DNA from: an uncultured archaeon
GTDB lineage: Archaea > Asgardarchaeota > Thorarchaeia > Thorarchaeales > Thorarchaeaceae
Length of the DNA: 59,646 bases
Assembly (NCBI GenBank): GCA_964558645.1
Contig: CAZLEV010000016.1
Location: forward strand, 1 to 59,646
Direction: 5' to 3'
Under the pieces are notes generated by a model. The model saw only the letters and a list, made by a program, of their open reading frames with translations, did not search any database and had not been told where the DNA came from. The stretch's first letter is position 1, and every line of letters starts with the position of its first letter. Below, piece after piece: positions 29,794-39,325 of the stretch. A program made the position numbers and the translations under genes.

Positions 29794-31395
29794 TTGAAGC
29801 CCTTGGATAGACGCAAGGTATTACGCAGAATTCTTGATGCCGGCCTACAGGTGACACCAGATGCGTTGGACTACGTCGTCGCCCGTGCATCATCGTATGA
29901 AACGGTTGATGAAATAATACAAAGAAGAGAGGCATTCAAAGACGTTCCGGTTGTTCGTACCGAGGATTTCGTCCGCTTCTTCTCCAAGGTGGATGACAAT
30001 TCCGACAGGGGAGCAGAAGCTGGAGGGCAATCATATCAATTGATGCAAGATGTCTCACCACAATCAAATGATTGGGACTTGAAGTGGGATTATGAAATCA
30101 ACAAAACCCTGACAAGTAACTCATATGGGTCATCTGGTGATGTTGAAGACTTCCTGATGCTCTTCTTAGACAGATATCGAGCAATTGAAAAGATCTACAG
30201 AAAGAGGTTAGATACTCGGGTGGCAGTATCACCCAGCAGAGCAAAACAAGCGAGGCACATCGCCAGTCGGAACCGAGCTCTCAGAAGAGGGGGAGAGCGA
30301 ACTCAGAAAGCACCCACTCAAATAGTAATGGGCATCGTTAAAACCAAGACCATATCGAAGTCCCGAAATGTTGTGATTGAGCTGGAGGACCAGGAGGACT
30401 CCATAATTTGTGTCATTCCTGCTGCTATGAGAAGGAGTAATGGAGAAGCTCTAGTAGAAAGGGGGAATGCATTACTACTCGATGAAATCGTTTGCGTGTC
30501 AGGAAGAGTCGACTCAGAAGGCAGACTCATTGCAGAAGACATTCTGTTCCCCGACATACCAACAGCTCGCGCCACTCGGAGAGCCAGAAGGGATGTGAAT
30601 GCGGTATTCATATCCGACCTTCATTGTGGCAGTACAGAATTTCTAGATGATGATTTTGATAGATTCATCAACTGGCTAAGAGGAAGGGATGTGGATAGTT
30701 CGGAGAAGGGCGTAGTCGAGAATGTACGATATCTCTTCATAGCGGGCGACCTTTGTGACGGAATAGGAGTGTATCCAGGTCAAAGAGACAACCTTATGAT
30801 TGATGATATAACAGAGCAGTATTCCTATCTGGCTGAGAAGTTGAAGGGGCTTCCCGATAGGATCAAGATATTTTGTATCCCAGGGAATCACGATGCTTGC
30901 AGGCAGGCTCTTCCAAGACCTCCAATCCCCAATGAGTTTGCACCTGCATTGTACGACCTTGAAGATAGACTAACAATGTTAGGAGATCCAAGCCAACTTA
31001 TCGTTGAAGGAGTCAATATCATTGTTACACATGGCGATTCCTTAGATGACCTTGTCACTCAGATTCCCGGGGCCTCTTACAAGAACCCAGAGATTTCTAT
31101 GATAGAACTGCTAAGAAAGCGTCATCTGGCGCCGCTCTATGGAGGTAAGACAGAGTTGGCTCCGCTCCACAAAGATTGGATGGTCATTGATGAGCCACCG
31201 GACATAGTCCACTTTGGACATGCCCATCATAATGCTGTTGACAGCTATCGGGGAGTCCGAATCATCAACTCGGGAACCTTTCAAGATCAGACTGATTTCA
31301 TGAAAAAGCAAGGTGTGGAACCTACACCAGGAATTGTTACCATTGTGAGTCTTAAAACGCTTGTACCAGAGATCAAAGTCTTTCATCAGTATTGA
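29794..31395 (+). CDS. DNA polymerase D small (proofreading) subunit DP1
   Basis: OB fold plus calcineurin-like motifs ISDLHCGS, GDLCDGIGVYPGQ, PGNHD, HGD, RHLAPLYG and FGHAH. Confidence 0.95.
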   Translation: MKPLDRRKVLRRILDAGLQVTPDALDYVVARASSYETVDEIIQRREAFKDVPVVRTEDFVRFFSKVDDNSDRGAEAGGQSYQLMQDVSPQSNDWDLKWDYEINKTLTSNSYGSSGDVEDFLMLFLDRYRAIEKIYRKRLDTRVAVSPSRAKQARHIASRNRALRRGGERTQKAPTQIVMGIVKTKTISKSRNVVIELEDQEDSIICVIPAAMRRSNGEALVERGNALLLDEIVCVSGRVDSEGRLIAEDILFPDIPTARATRRARRDVNAVFISDLHCGSTEFLDDDFDRFINWLRGRDVDSSEKGVVENVRYLFIAGDLCDGIGVYPGQRDNLMIDDITEQYSYLAEKLKGLPDRIKIFCIPGNHDACRQALPRPPIPNEFAPALYDLEDRLTMLGDPSQLIVEGVNIIVTHGDSLDDLVTQIPGASYKNPEISMIELLRKRHLAPLYGGKTELAPLHKDWMVIDEPPDIVHFGHAHHNAVDSYRGVRIINSGTFQDQTDFMKKQGVEPTPGIVTIVSLKTLVPEIKVFHQY

Positions 31396-31606
31396 GATTG
31401 CTTCAGAGTGGCCATCTTGATTACTAAAAACCGACACATGTGTAAAGGAATCAGGTCTTTAGACGTAAGAATTGTGTAATCTCCCCTTGCTGTGCTTGCC
31501 GAATATTGAAATGAACAATGTGGCTAAGTAGTGCCAAGTTCGTTATTTCAGTGGTTTTGCCCATAGTGCCGGGATTCCTGGCAGCTCCGACGTGGTTTGC
31601 ATAGTA

Positions 31607-32197
31607 TCATTGCATCTGTTGTGCTACGACACTTGCTCGCATGGCATTCTGGAATAGTAACCGAAAAGCCTCAATTATGTTGTATCCCTCTTTTGCGATG
31701 CTCTCAAATACTCTGATAGAATCAGGTATCCTCAGGTAATGCCTGATTTCGTCCTGACCGATAACATTAGACAAATCCTGTTTGTTGAGACAGACGACCA
31801 CCGGAAGAGGGTCGGTTCCTTCATCAACCAAAGTCATAAGCTCGTTCCAGCTTGCAAGATTGTCATTGAGGAGATGACGTTGAGCATCAGCAACAAAGAT
31901 TACTCCGTCTGCGCCCACCAAGACAACCTCCCTAGTGGACCGGTAAAAATCTTGCCCGGTGGCAGACCAAACATGTGCATTCAGATTCCAGACATCATCT
32001 AGTGGTATGGGAATAGTTCCAAAATCACAGAACATGGTCCGTCCGACAGTGTTCTCGATTGAAGTCAATCGATCTGCGCATTCTAGAGCTGAGAAGAGCC
32101 ACCTGATCGATGTGGTTTTCCCACTCATTGCCGGCCCAAAGAAGACTATCTTTAAGCCAATCGTCTTGTTGCCATAGTCGATTATCACTCTTTTCAC
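31607..32197 (-). CDS. MglA-like small GTPase
   Basis: G1 GPAMSGKTT, RTMFCDF (MglA-type switch I), SATGQ, G4 NKQD and SIA motifs. Start moved to GTG 32197, 7 nt after the upstream stop. Confidence 0.9.
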   Translation of the reverse strand: MKRVIIDYGNKTIGLKIVFFGPAMSGKTTSIRWLFSALECADRLTSIENTVGRTMFCDFGTIPIPLDDVWNLNAHVWSATGQDFYRSTREVVLVGADGVIFVADAQRHLLNDNLASWNELMTLVDEGTDPLPVVVCLNKQDLSNVIGQDEIRHYLRIPDSIRVFESIAKEGYNIIEAFRLLFQNAMRASVVAQQMQ

Positions 32198-32204
32198 CTC
32201 AAAA

Positions 32205-33125
32205 TTATGTTCCCCACATGCTGTCCACCCAAGCTCCAAGTCCGGAGAGTGTGCCAGTCTTGACGCAATCTGAGAAATCCTCATGCCATTCTGCCCGAAT
32301 GAGCTGAATCATATCGCCTAGGTTTCCCGATTCCCAGCCAACAGCCTCCATGAGATTGCGTTCTGTAAGGGTTGTAGGAGCGCCCAGTTCTCTTGCTAAT
32401 CGAATTCTGGACAGGATTATGACTGCCCTTCGAGCGGCATGCACATAACTGCTTATCTCCTCCCTGAACACATCTTGAGTTATCTTATCGGACTCGTCAT
32501 CGAGAGCAAGTACTGTGGACAGCAGTCCTGCAGAGCTATCCACTACACGTAGTGATTTTCGGAGAAGTCTCTTGATTCGCTCCAGAGATTGTCGTTTTCG
32601 TGTCAGTATCTTGTCTACAATCCCCTTCTCGAGAGCAAGACTACTGACGGGAGGTTCTGAAGTATGAAAGCTTAGAGCTGAAGGTGAATGGACTCTCAGA
32701 ATACCACAGTTCTTAGAGTGTAAACGAATTTGCTCTACTATATCCCCAATTTCGCGTTCGTTGATTGTAGCTCCGAATACCTTGGAACCCAAAGGCAGCG
32801 ATAAAATCCAAGCACGAAATTTCCCGATTCTGTCTAGAGCAAGCCTTAAGTTTGAAGCCAATGAGCATACGACAGTTCTACTTACTTCGTGGTTGTGTCT
32901 TTCCTCTTCCCAAACAGCAGATATCTCGGCTTCTGATGTGAAGTCCCGCCAGAACATGATCTTATGTCTATGTGGACAGAGACTTGTAAGGCTATTAGAA
33001 ACATCATCAATCAGCTCTATGTCTTGTCCAATGACAACTATGGGAATACGGATGAGAATAGAGTTCAATAGAAGCGGAAACTCATTCCCCATGATTTCAA
33101 TCATTTTGAGGATTGAATAGGTCAC
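32205..33125 (-). CDS. Putative DENN core domain (cDENN/dDENN-like) protein
   Basis: N-terminal FPLLLNSILIRIPIVVIGQDIELIDDVSNSLTSLCP follows the helix-strand-helix-Pro pattern of the DENN core. The fold call is an inference. Confidence 0.55.
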   Translation of the reverse strand: MTYSILKMIEIMGNEFPLLLNSILIRIPIVVIGQDIELIDDVSNSLTSLCPHRHKIMFWRDFTSEAEISAVWEEERHNHEVSRTVVCSLASNLRLALDRIGKFRAWILSLPLGSKVFGATINEREIGDIVEQIRLHSKNCGILRVHSPSALSFHTSEPPVSSLALEKGIVDKILTRKRQSLERIKRLLRKSLRVVDSSAGLLSTVLALDDESDKITQDVFREEISSYVHAARRAVIILSRIRLARELGAPTTLTERNLMEAVGWESGNLGDMIQLIRAEWHEDFSDCVKTGTLSGLGAWVDSMWGT

Positions 33126-34069
33126 GGTTCTCGCCCCGCGAACAGAAGACTTCTCTCGGGACCAGCAGAGAGAAGAAGTTCTTTCAGGTCATCAGGAATA
33201 GAAGGCTGACGTATGGTTGCAGTTTCTAGGATTCTTCTGGCTTCGGAGATATAGTGTTTGAGTAACAGACGCATGAGCCCCAATTTTTGACTATCTCGGT
33301 CTACCCAGAGAGAGAAGACACCGTTTGGAACCGAATAGATGAAGTGGCGCGTCTTATCAGTTTCACACAGCACAGTCTGAAGTGAGCTATTTCTCAGAGT
33401 TCTCACGACTCTCTCTGATGCGTCATGTAGTGCAAATGACATGGCAGCTAACCGATCATTTGTGAAACCATTCAAAGAAACCCTGACGCCTCCATTTAGT
33501 GCCAAAAAGACCGAATCAACTCCAGGAATACTATCGTGGATCTGTCTGAGGACACTTCGTAGAGTCAATGCTTGTGACCTGTCCAAAGATATTACCGAGC
33601 GAGAGGTGGAATAGGATGTACCTACATCATCAGACACAGCAAATCCTTGGAGAATCTGTTGTGTTTCGTTGTTGCTGTAAGATCTCAGTGGTGGAAAACG
33701 ACCGTTCACACTCTGTTTCAGTAAGTATGAGATTTGAGAGAGGTTAGCCCTCATCTCAATGAAAAGCGCGGCGAGGTTGACCCTAGGTGCTGTTGTGATT
33801 GTGAGGAAGTAATTCTCGTCGTTAGGCAAAGAAGCAAGAAAGACTTTGGATGTATCAGATTCCATAAGGAGATACTTGAAATTCCCATGTATTAGACGGG
33901 CCACCCCAAAGATAGCACAGGTTGATGATGCAACTGCAAATACTTCGTCCTTGCTGAACCAGACCCCAGCACTGGCAACGGGCAACCCATCACGTTGTAC
34001 GAGGACGACATTCTCAACTCCACTTATCATCTTGATGTCTTGAAGAGTTTCATTCAGTTCATCATTCAT
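33122..34069 (-). CDS. Tandem roadblock/LC7 (MglB-like) domain protein
   Basis: Two repeats: ISGVENVVLVQRDGLPVAS...NLAALFIEMR and IPGVDSVFLALNGGVRVS...KLGLMRLLLK. Confidence 0.85.
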   Translation of the reverse strand: MNDELNETLQDIKMISGVENVVLVQRDGLPVASAGVWFSKDEVFAVASSTCAIFGVARLIHGNFKYLLMESDTSKVFLASLPNDENYFLTITTAPRVNLAALFIEMRANLSQISYLLKQSVNGRFPPLRSYSNNETQQILQGFAVSDDVGTSYSTSRSVISLDRSQALTLRSVLRQIHDSIPGVDSVFLALNGGVRVSLNGFTNDRLAAMSFALHDASERVVRTLRNSSLQTVLCETDKTRHFIYSVPNGVFSLWVDRDSQKLGLMRLLLKHYISEARRILETATIRQPSIPDDLKELLLSAGPERSLLFAGREP

Positions 34070-34216
34070 CGGATGGCCTCACGGGGAGATTTGTGTGCTA
34101 TCCTAGAATCCTTGCTGATACTATTTAATCTCCACACAGGATGTAAGAGAACATGCTGTATCGCATTGACTTGAATATAGACAAACAAGTGGAGGGAGTG
34201 GGGGCAGCCTAATTAG

Positions 34217-35527
34217 TTACATATGAATCAAAGCTGCTGTAGGCACCTCTTGGAAAATCTCACGAGACGCTCGTCCAACCTTATGTCGATTTGCATCCGA
34301 AGTGTATACTCTGATTACGTCTAAGTAACCCTTCATCATCTCAGCAATATTCGAATAATCTGATAGATTCTGCGGTACTTTCTTTCCATCTATTATCTCG
34401 AATATGCCAATTTCCATCGGATCTAGCTGATGTGGATTATACGGCACTGATGGTAACGTAGGAACATCTACAATGACGTCTTCTACTGGAACATCCGCAC
34501 TCTCTGCAATCTCTTCCTCGATACTGGCTCGAACTTTTTTCTTCGTAAGAATCTTTGAAACGAATCTGTCTTGTGTGTGAAGCACCTTCTCGAATGCTGA
34601 TTTGTAAAGTGTACGAGAGTCAAGCATGTTCACCATCCGGGCTGCTTCTCCAGCCTCAGCAGATATAGAAGGGTCCAATTGTCTAACACGGGATATTAAA
34701 GAGAGGTCATCGAGAACCAAGAAGTGCTCCGGTTCTTCAAAGGCGGTTAATGATAGAACAGCGTCTGCTGACGTCATGAGCTTGACAAGCATAACCTCAA
34801 CACTTCGTACTGTCTTGTGATAGTAGACATTGAGAAACATCTCATAGCGAGCGACCAAGAAAGACTCTAGTGCACCTCGTGCAGCGATGTCGAACTGGAT
34901 TGTGTAGTCATCTGAAACCTCTACACTCTTGATGAGACGATGAATGTCGACCAGACCATAGTTGACACCGCAATAGAAGGAATCACGAATCAGATAGTCC
35001 ATCTTGTCTACATCGACTTGGCCCGCAACAATTCCACTCACTATTGCGTCAGTCTTTGTAATACGGCGACCTCGCACCAAGTCTGCAACACGAGCCTTTG
35101 AGATAGATGCGTCTTCTAGTAAGTCGCCAATCTCGCTTTCTCGAATAATCCACTCGGTAACGTCTTCGTGATTGAGATCACGACTTTCTACGAGAACCTC
35201 CTCAAAAACATGGCTGAAAGGGCCATGTCCTATGTCATGCAAGAGAGCGGCAACGCGGATTTCCTGCAATGCTTCTTTTTCTAGGTCAATCATGGGCAGT
35301 AGTTGATTTCCCATTAGCCCTGCAAGAAACATCGCCCCGATACAGTGGCCGAACCGGGTGTGTTCCGCTGTTGGATAGACAAAATGGCCACCGGAGAGCT
35401 GTTTTATCCTCCTAAGTCGTTGATATGGTCTGGAATCGACTATCTTTGACTCTAGTTCCGTCAGACCAACGAAACCATGTATGGGGTCGTTGACTTGGAT
35501 TGAATATTCCATCTGAAACGCCTTCAT
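34217..35527 (-). CDS. HD-domain phosphohydrolase (SAMHD1/dNTPase-like)
   Basis: DPIHG, QRLRRIKQL, HTRFGHCIG, LLHDIGHGPFSH, DVDKMDYLIRD and VYYHKT motifs. Confidence 0.93.
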   Translation of the reverse strand: MKAFQMEYSIQVNDPIHGFVGLTELESKIVDSRPYQRLRRIKQLSGGHFVYPTAEHTRFGHCIGAMFLAGLMGNQLLPMIDLEKEALQEIRVAALLHDIGHGPFSHVFEEVLVESRDLNHEDVTEWIIRESEIGDLLEDASISKARVADLVRGRRITKTDAIVSGIVAGQVDVDKMDYLIRDSFYCGVNYGLVDIHRLIKSVEVSDDYTIQFDIAARGALESFLVARYEMFLNVYYHKTVRSVEVMLVKLMTSADAVLSLTAFEEPEHFLVLDDLSLISRVRQLDPSISAEAGEAARMVNMLDSRTLYKSAFEKVLHTQDRFVSKILTKKKVRASIEEEIAESADVPVEDVIVDVPTLPSVPYNPHQLDPMEIGIFEIIDGKKVPQNLSDYSNIAEMMKGYLDVIRVYTSDANRHKVGRASREIFQEVPTAALIHM

Positions 35528-35532
35528 ATTCT

Positions 35533-36276
35533 TTACATCACAGGATTAAATGATCTAATCTCGCGCACCAAGTCATCAGCGGACTCTATCCCTGATACAC
35601 ATAGAGGAATATGGATGCTGTCAGCGATTTTTATAGCGAGAGGATCCAGCTCTTTAACACCATGCAGGATTACCACAGCAGGCTTGACCGCAATGGAAGT
35701 TCCGATTTGGCTGGCCTTGATTGCAACCATTGGGGATCTGCCAGTGGAAACATGCGTCAATATGGCGGCGCGCTGAGTTGTGCCGCCGTAGAGTTTCAAT
35801 AGCTGCTGAGGAGTGAGTGATACTATTGCCTTTACACTATCCAATGCAGTGTAACCGCAGATATCCCGATCGAGAAGACTGTTGTGAGTAAGCACTTTGC
35901 AATTTAGACGCTCTACAAGTAGTCTAGCGGGAACAGGAAAACCGAATTCTCGGCTATCAAGAATAGCATCTGAAGCAATTTCCGGAGCTACGAGCTTCTC
36001 AAGCGCCATGGCAATCCTTCCTCCGCTTGCCGCATCCATCTCAATCAAACCCTCAACAAAACGTCTTATGGTATCCACACGAGGAGACTTCCTTCGACCG
36101 CTCTCATAGTCACTGATTACTGAAGGAGAAACATCAAGATGCTCTGCTAAGTCCTTTTGGGAGATTTGAAAATGGTCACGCCACCGTCGCATCAGCGAAC
36201 CGGGGTCATCTTCAGCAAGACAGATCTCTCCTGCCATTGCCTCTGCAAGCCGTCTTCGCGCCTCATTCTGTTCCAT
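35533..36276 (-). CDS. Archaeal XRE-type HTH transcriptional regulator
   Basis: SQKDLAEHLDVSPSVISDYESGRRKSP and VSTGRSPMVAIK motifs. Confidence 0.88.
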   Translation of the reverse strand: MEQNEARRRLAEAMAGEICLAEDDPGSLMRRWRDHFQISQKDLAEHLDVSPSVISDYESGRRKSPRVDTIRRFVEGLIEMDAASGGRIAMALEKLVAPEIASDAILDSREFGFPVPARLLVERLNCKVLTHNSLLDRDICGYTALDSVKAIVSLTPQQLLKLYGGTTQRAAILTHVSTGRSPMVAIKASQIGTSIAVKPAVVILHGVKELDPLAIKIADSIHIPLCVSGIESADDLVREIRSFNPVM

Positions 36277-36402
36277 GATTCAACCTCCGAATGTATTACA
36301 GATAAGACTTGTCTTTCCCCATTATTGAGTGACATCCTCTTGTTACTCACCGGACCGAAGGACTCAAAGAGTGCTCGTGTTTCTGTGTTCTAGATTAGCA
36401 AT

Positions 36403-37167
36403 ATGTTCTTGGTGTTTCTAGTTGGAACTGCTGGCTCCGGTAAGTCTCTTCTTGCTGCGGCCCTCGAAAAGTGGCTTGTAGATACAGAAATCAGTACAAC
36501 CGTTGTGAACCTTGATCCCGGTGTTGATGTTCCACCCTATACAAGCGATGTTGACATTAGAGAATATGTTGACTATGGAGAAGTGATTACTAAATTCGGC
36601 CTAGGGCCGAATGGAGCGCTGGTTGCGTCCATGGATATGGCAATCGGATATCTCCCAGATATCCGTGATGATATGCTGGAACGGGAAACAGATTATGTTA
36701 TCGTTGATTGTCCAGGGCAGATGGAGCTTTTTGCATATCGAAACTCAGGGCCCCTTTTTGTAACTGGGCTCACTGGGACTGAGCCCGCGCTCTCCGTATA
36801 TCTTCTCGACTCGAATATTGCACGAACACCAGAGGGGTATCTTTCTTCGACTCTCCTAGGTCTCTCCATTTCAATCCGGTTTAATCTCCCTCAGCTAAAC
36901 ATCCTAAGCAAGTGTGACATACTAGAGAAAGCAACCATTGAGAAAATCGTATCATGGTCGGAAGATACCTTCATGTTGGAGGATGCGCTGTACAATTCAG
37001 CCTCGGGGCTGACAAGAGATTATTCCCAGTCAATTATTCGCATGCTAGAGGATTTGGGTGGAGCCACCAGCCTGACACCGGTTTCCGCAAAAAAGCGGAT
37101 GGGGCTTGATATGCTCTATGGTCACATGCAGCGGTCATTCATGGGTGGAGATAACGTATACGATTGA
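36403..37167 (+). CDS. GPN-loop GTPase
   Basis: GTAGSGKS, NLDPG, GLGPNGAL and DCPGQMELF motifs. Confidence 0.95.
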   Translation: MFLVFLVGTAGSGKSLLAAALEKWLVDTEISTTVVNLDPGVDVPPYTSDVDIREYVDYGEVITKFGLGPNGALVASMDMAIGYLPDIRDDMLERETDYVIVDCPGQMELFAYRNSGPLFVTGLTGTEPALSVYLLDSNIARTPEGYLSSTLLGLSISIRFNLPQLNILSKCDILEKATIEKIVSWSEDTFMLEDALYNSASGLTRDYSQSIIRMLEDLGGATSLTPVSAKKRMGLDMLYGHMQRSFMGGDNVYD

Positions 37168-37177
37168 GGTTGCTGGA

Positions 37178-38194
37178 TTGATTCAGGACTATTTTGTATA
37201 TGTTTCCGGGGAGACAGTTCCGCTTGGCAAAGCAGAAACAGAATCACTCTTGGAAGTACATTGCAAGAGAATACATGTAGAATGGACAGGACAACTAGGA
37301 AGGTTCCGTTTCAAATCTGATCTGACAGACTTTTTGCTTCACAGGGCAGCTTTTGTCAAGAAGAGTGGAAAAGTGATTGCCGAGTTTCATCACATTGGGG
37401 ACATTCCACAAGAGAAACTGGTAGGTTTGATTCCTGAATCAGAGACTTTTGCCGTCAGAACTCTGCATCTTGGAAAGTGGGCAGAGAAAAGAGAAACTAA
37501 CAAGCTATCTGCCCAAATTGGACATCTGCTTCTGAAACACAATCAAGCAGAAGTTTCACTAGAAGACCCCGATATTCTATTCTTAGTCATATGTTCCAAG
37601 GAGAAAAAACTGCTCACCGTTTCACAGAATTCCAAGGTGAGGAAACTGCTAGAACTTCGTGAACCCGGTCGGAAAGAGTTTTTCCATCCCTCAATGATGA
37701 ATGCCAAACTTGCGAGAGCTATGGTCAACCTTGCTCAAGTAATGCCAGATGGCCTCGTATTAGACCCGTTCTGTGGCGCAGGTGGAATTCTCTGTGAAGC
37801 AGTGTTCATTGGTGCAAGAGGCATAGGATTAGATGTAAACTGGAAACTTTTGAGGGGTGCACAAATTAACCTAGCTGATGCGGCGGGCATAAGAGCTAGC
37901 CTTGTACAAGGAGATGCTAGGTGTTGTCCTGTGGATTCTTGTGACTATATTGTCACCGATCCGCCTTATGGAAGAGCAAGCTCAACCAGAGGAAGTCAAG
38001 CTGGGAAGCTTGTTGAACTCTTCTTAAAGGATGTGCACAGAATACTGGACAAGGGAGGACGAATATGTCTGTGTGCGAGTAGTGATATGAAGTTGCGTGA
38101 TGTCATTAATGACTTAGGCATTATGATTGAAACCGTGGTTGATTTGAGAGTGCATAGTGGATTGACTAGACAAGTATTCTCTCTGGTTGTCTAG
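37178..38194 (+). CDS. tRNA (guanine-10-N2) methyltransferase, Trm11-like (THUMP plus MTase)
   Basis: FFHPSMMNAKLARAMVNL, LDPFCGAGG and VTDPPYGR motifs. Start placed at TTG 37178. Confidence 0.88.
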   Translation: MIQDYFVYVSGETVPLGKAETESLLEVHCKRIHVEWTGQLGRFRFKSDLTDFLLHRAAFVKKSGKVIAEFHHIGDIPQEKLVGLIPESETFAVRTLHLGKWAEKRETNKLSAQIGHLLLKHNQAEVSLEDPDILFLVICSKEKKLLTVSQNSKVRKLLELREPGRKEFFHPSMMNAKLARAMVNLAQVMPDGLVLDPFCGAGGILCEAVFIGARGIGLDVNWKLLRGAQINLADAAGIRASLVQGDARCCPVDSCDYIVTDPPYGRASSTRGSQAGKLVELFLKDVHRILDKGGRICLCASSDMKLRDVINDLGIMIETVVDLRVHSGLTRQVFSLVV

Positions 38195-38616
38195 AGATGC
38201 ACTACCCGCCCGTTTTCCGTTGGAGGAACTAGCCAGTTCATAGTGTTCTGAAACTCGATCTCGTTTTCAAACTTCAATACCACTTGAATGCATCCAAGTG
38301 GGGGACTCTCTTCTGCATCGTCTAGGAGTCTAAAGCGACTGGAACATGCTGCTTGTTTGTCTAGCAGGATAGAAGTTTCAGTTCCATTCCAGTTGGACAG
38401 TAATCTTCGACGAACCGCATCTATTATTCTGATTTCATGAAGTCTCGTTCTCATCCACTCGATTGATTTTCGCTCTTTGGATTCGGCTCGAATCACCAGA
38501 ATATCATTGAACTCCTCTCTTGTAAAGCTCGTGCCAGGAAATAGGTGCAGAAGACAATCATGTACTTTTTCTGCTGACTCGGTAGGGTATACTGGGGCTT
38601 GTACACCAATAATCAT
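38191..38616 (-). CDS. UPF0201-family RNA-binding protein
   Basis: PVYPTESAEKV...LFP, IIDAVR, LDKQAA and PPLGCI motifs. Confidence 0.82.
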   Translation of the reverse strand: MIIGVQAPVYPTESAEKVHDCLLHLFPGTSFTREEFNDILVIRAESKERKSIEWMRTRLHEIRIIDAVRRRLLSNWNGTETSILLDKQAACSSRFRLLDDAEESPPLGCIQVVLKFENEIEFQNTMNWLVPPTENGRVVHL

Positions 38617-39158
38617 TGATTCACGAACCTCTCTACTACGAATTGAACCTTCTGGAATAGTTCTTGCTTAGTTCCTTCATTGACGAGCATTATGTCACTC
38701 AAGGCAATGACTCCACCAAGACCTACATCTATCTCGCGCATATCACGTTCCCTAAAGGATTCCCAATCCGCTGGTGCATCCCTTCGATTTCGAGCTTGTA
38801 GACGGCGAAATCGAGTTCTAGGAGAAGCGTGAACGCAAATGGTGGTGACTTCAGTTGCTCTTTTTCGAAAGACCTCCATTTCGGCAATACTCCTACATCC
38901 CTCAATTACAAGCAGACCATAATTGAGAGTTTCCAGCTCGTCTAAGCAATACTCTGCAATTGCACCGGGTCCACGATTCGCCCTCAGTTCGAGCATGATG
39001 CTTCTTGTGTTATCGGGATTTGGCTCTAGGCCTCTCTTTTTGGCCACCTCACGTACGACATCCCCCATGATAACTACTGGTTGATTGTAGAACCGAAATC
39101 TGTCGGCTATCTCACTTTTTCCTGCACCGGGCATGCCAGTAATCAACACTATATGCAT
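38613..39158 (-). CDS. UPF0200 / dephospho-CoA-kinase-like P-loop kinase
   Basis: ITGMPGAGKS, MGDVVRE and RDMREIDVGLGGVIALSD motifs. Start moved to ATG 39158. Confidence 0.88.
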   Translation of the reverse strand: MHIVLITGMPGAGKSEIADRFRFYNQPVVIMGDVVREVAKKRGLEPNPDNTRSIMLELRANRGPGAIAEYCLDELETLNYGLLVIEGCRSIAEMEVFRKRATEVTTICVHASPRTRFRRLQARNRRDAPADWESFRERDMREIDVGLGGVIALSDIMLVNEGTKQELFQKVQFVVERFVNQ

Positions 39159-39325
39159 TGTGAGGCCCCAAGATTCCTTTGGAAATAGACTGCATATCAC
39201 TCTTGTCTCTGAACAAATCATTTTTGACAAATTCAGGGACTTACGCAAAGAAGCATGTCGATTTCCTCAGGAGTTCGGAGGCAGACTCCGCCATTGCCAT
39301 ATAATCGCCTCTTGCCCAATAGTAG

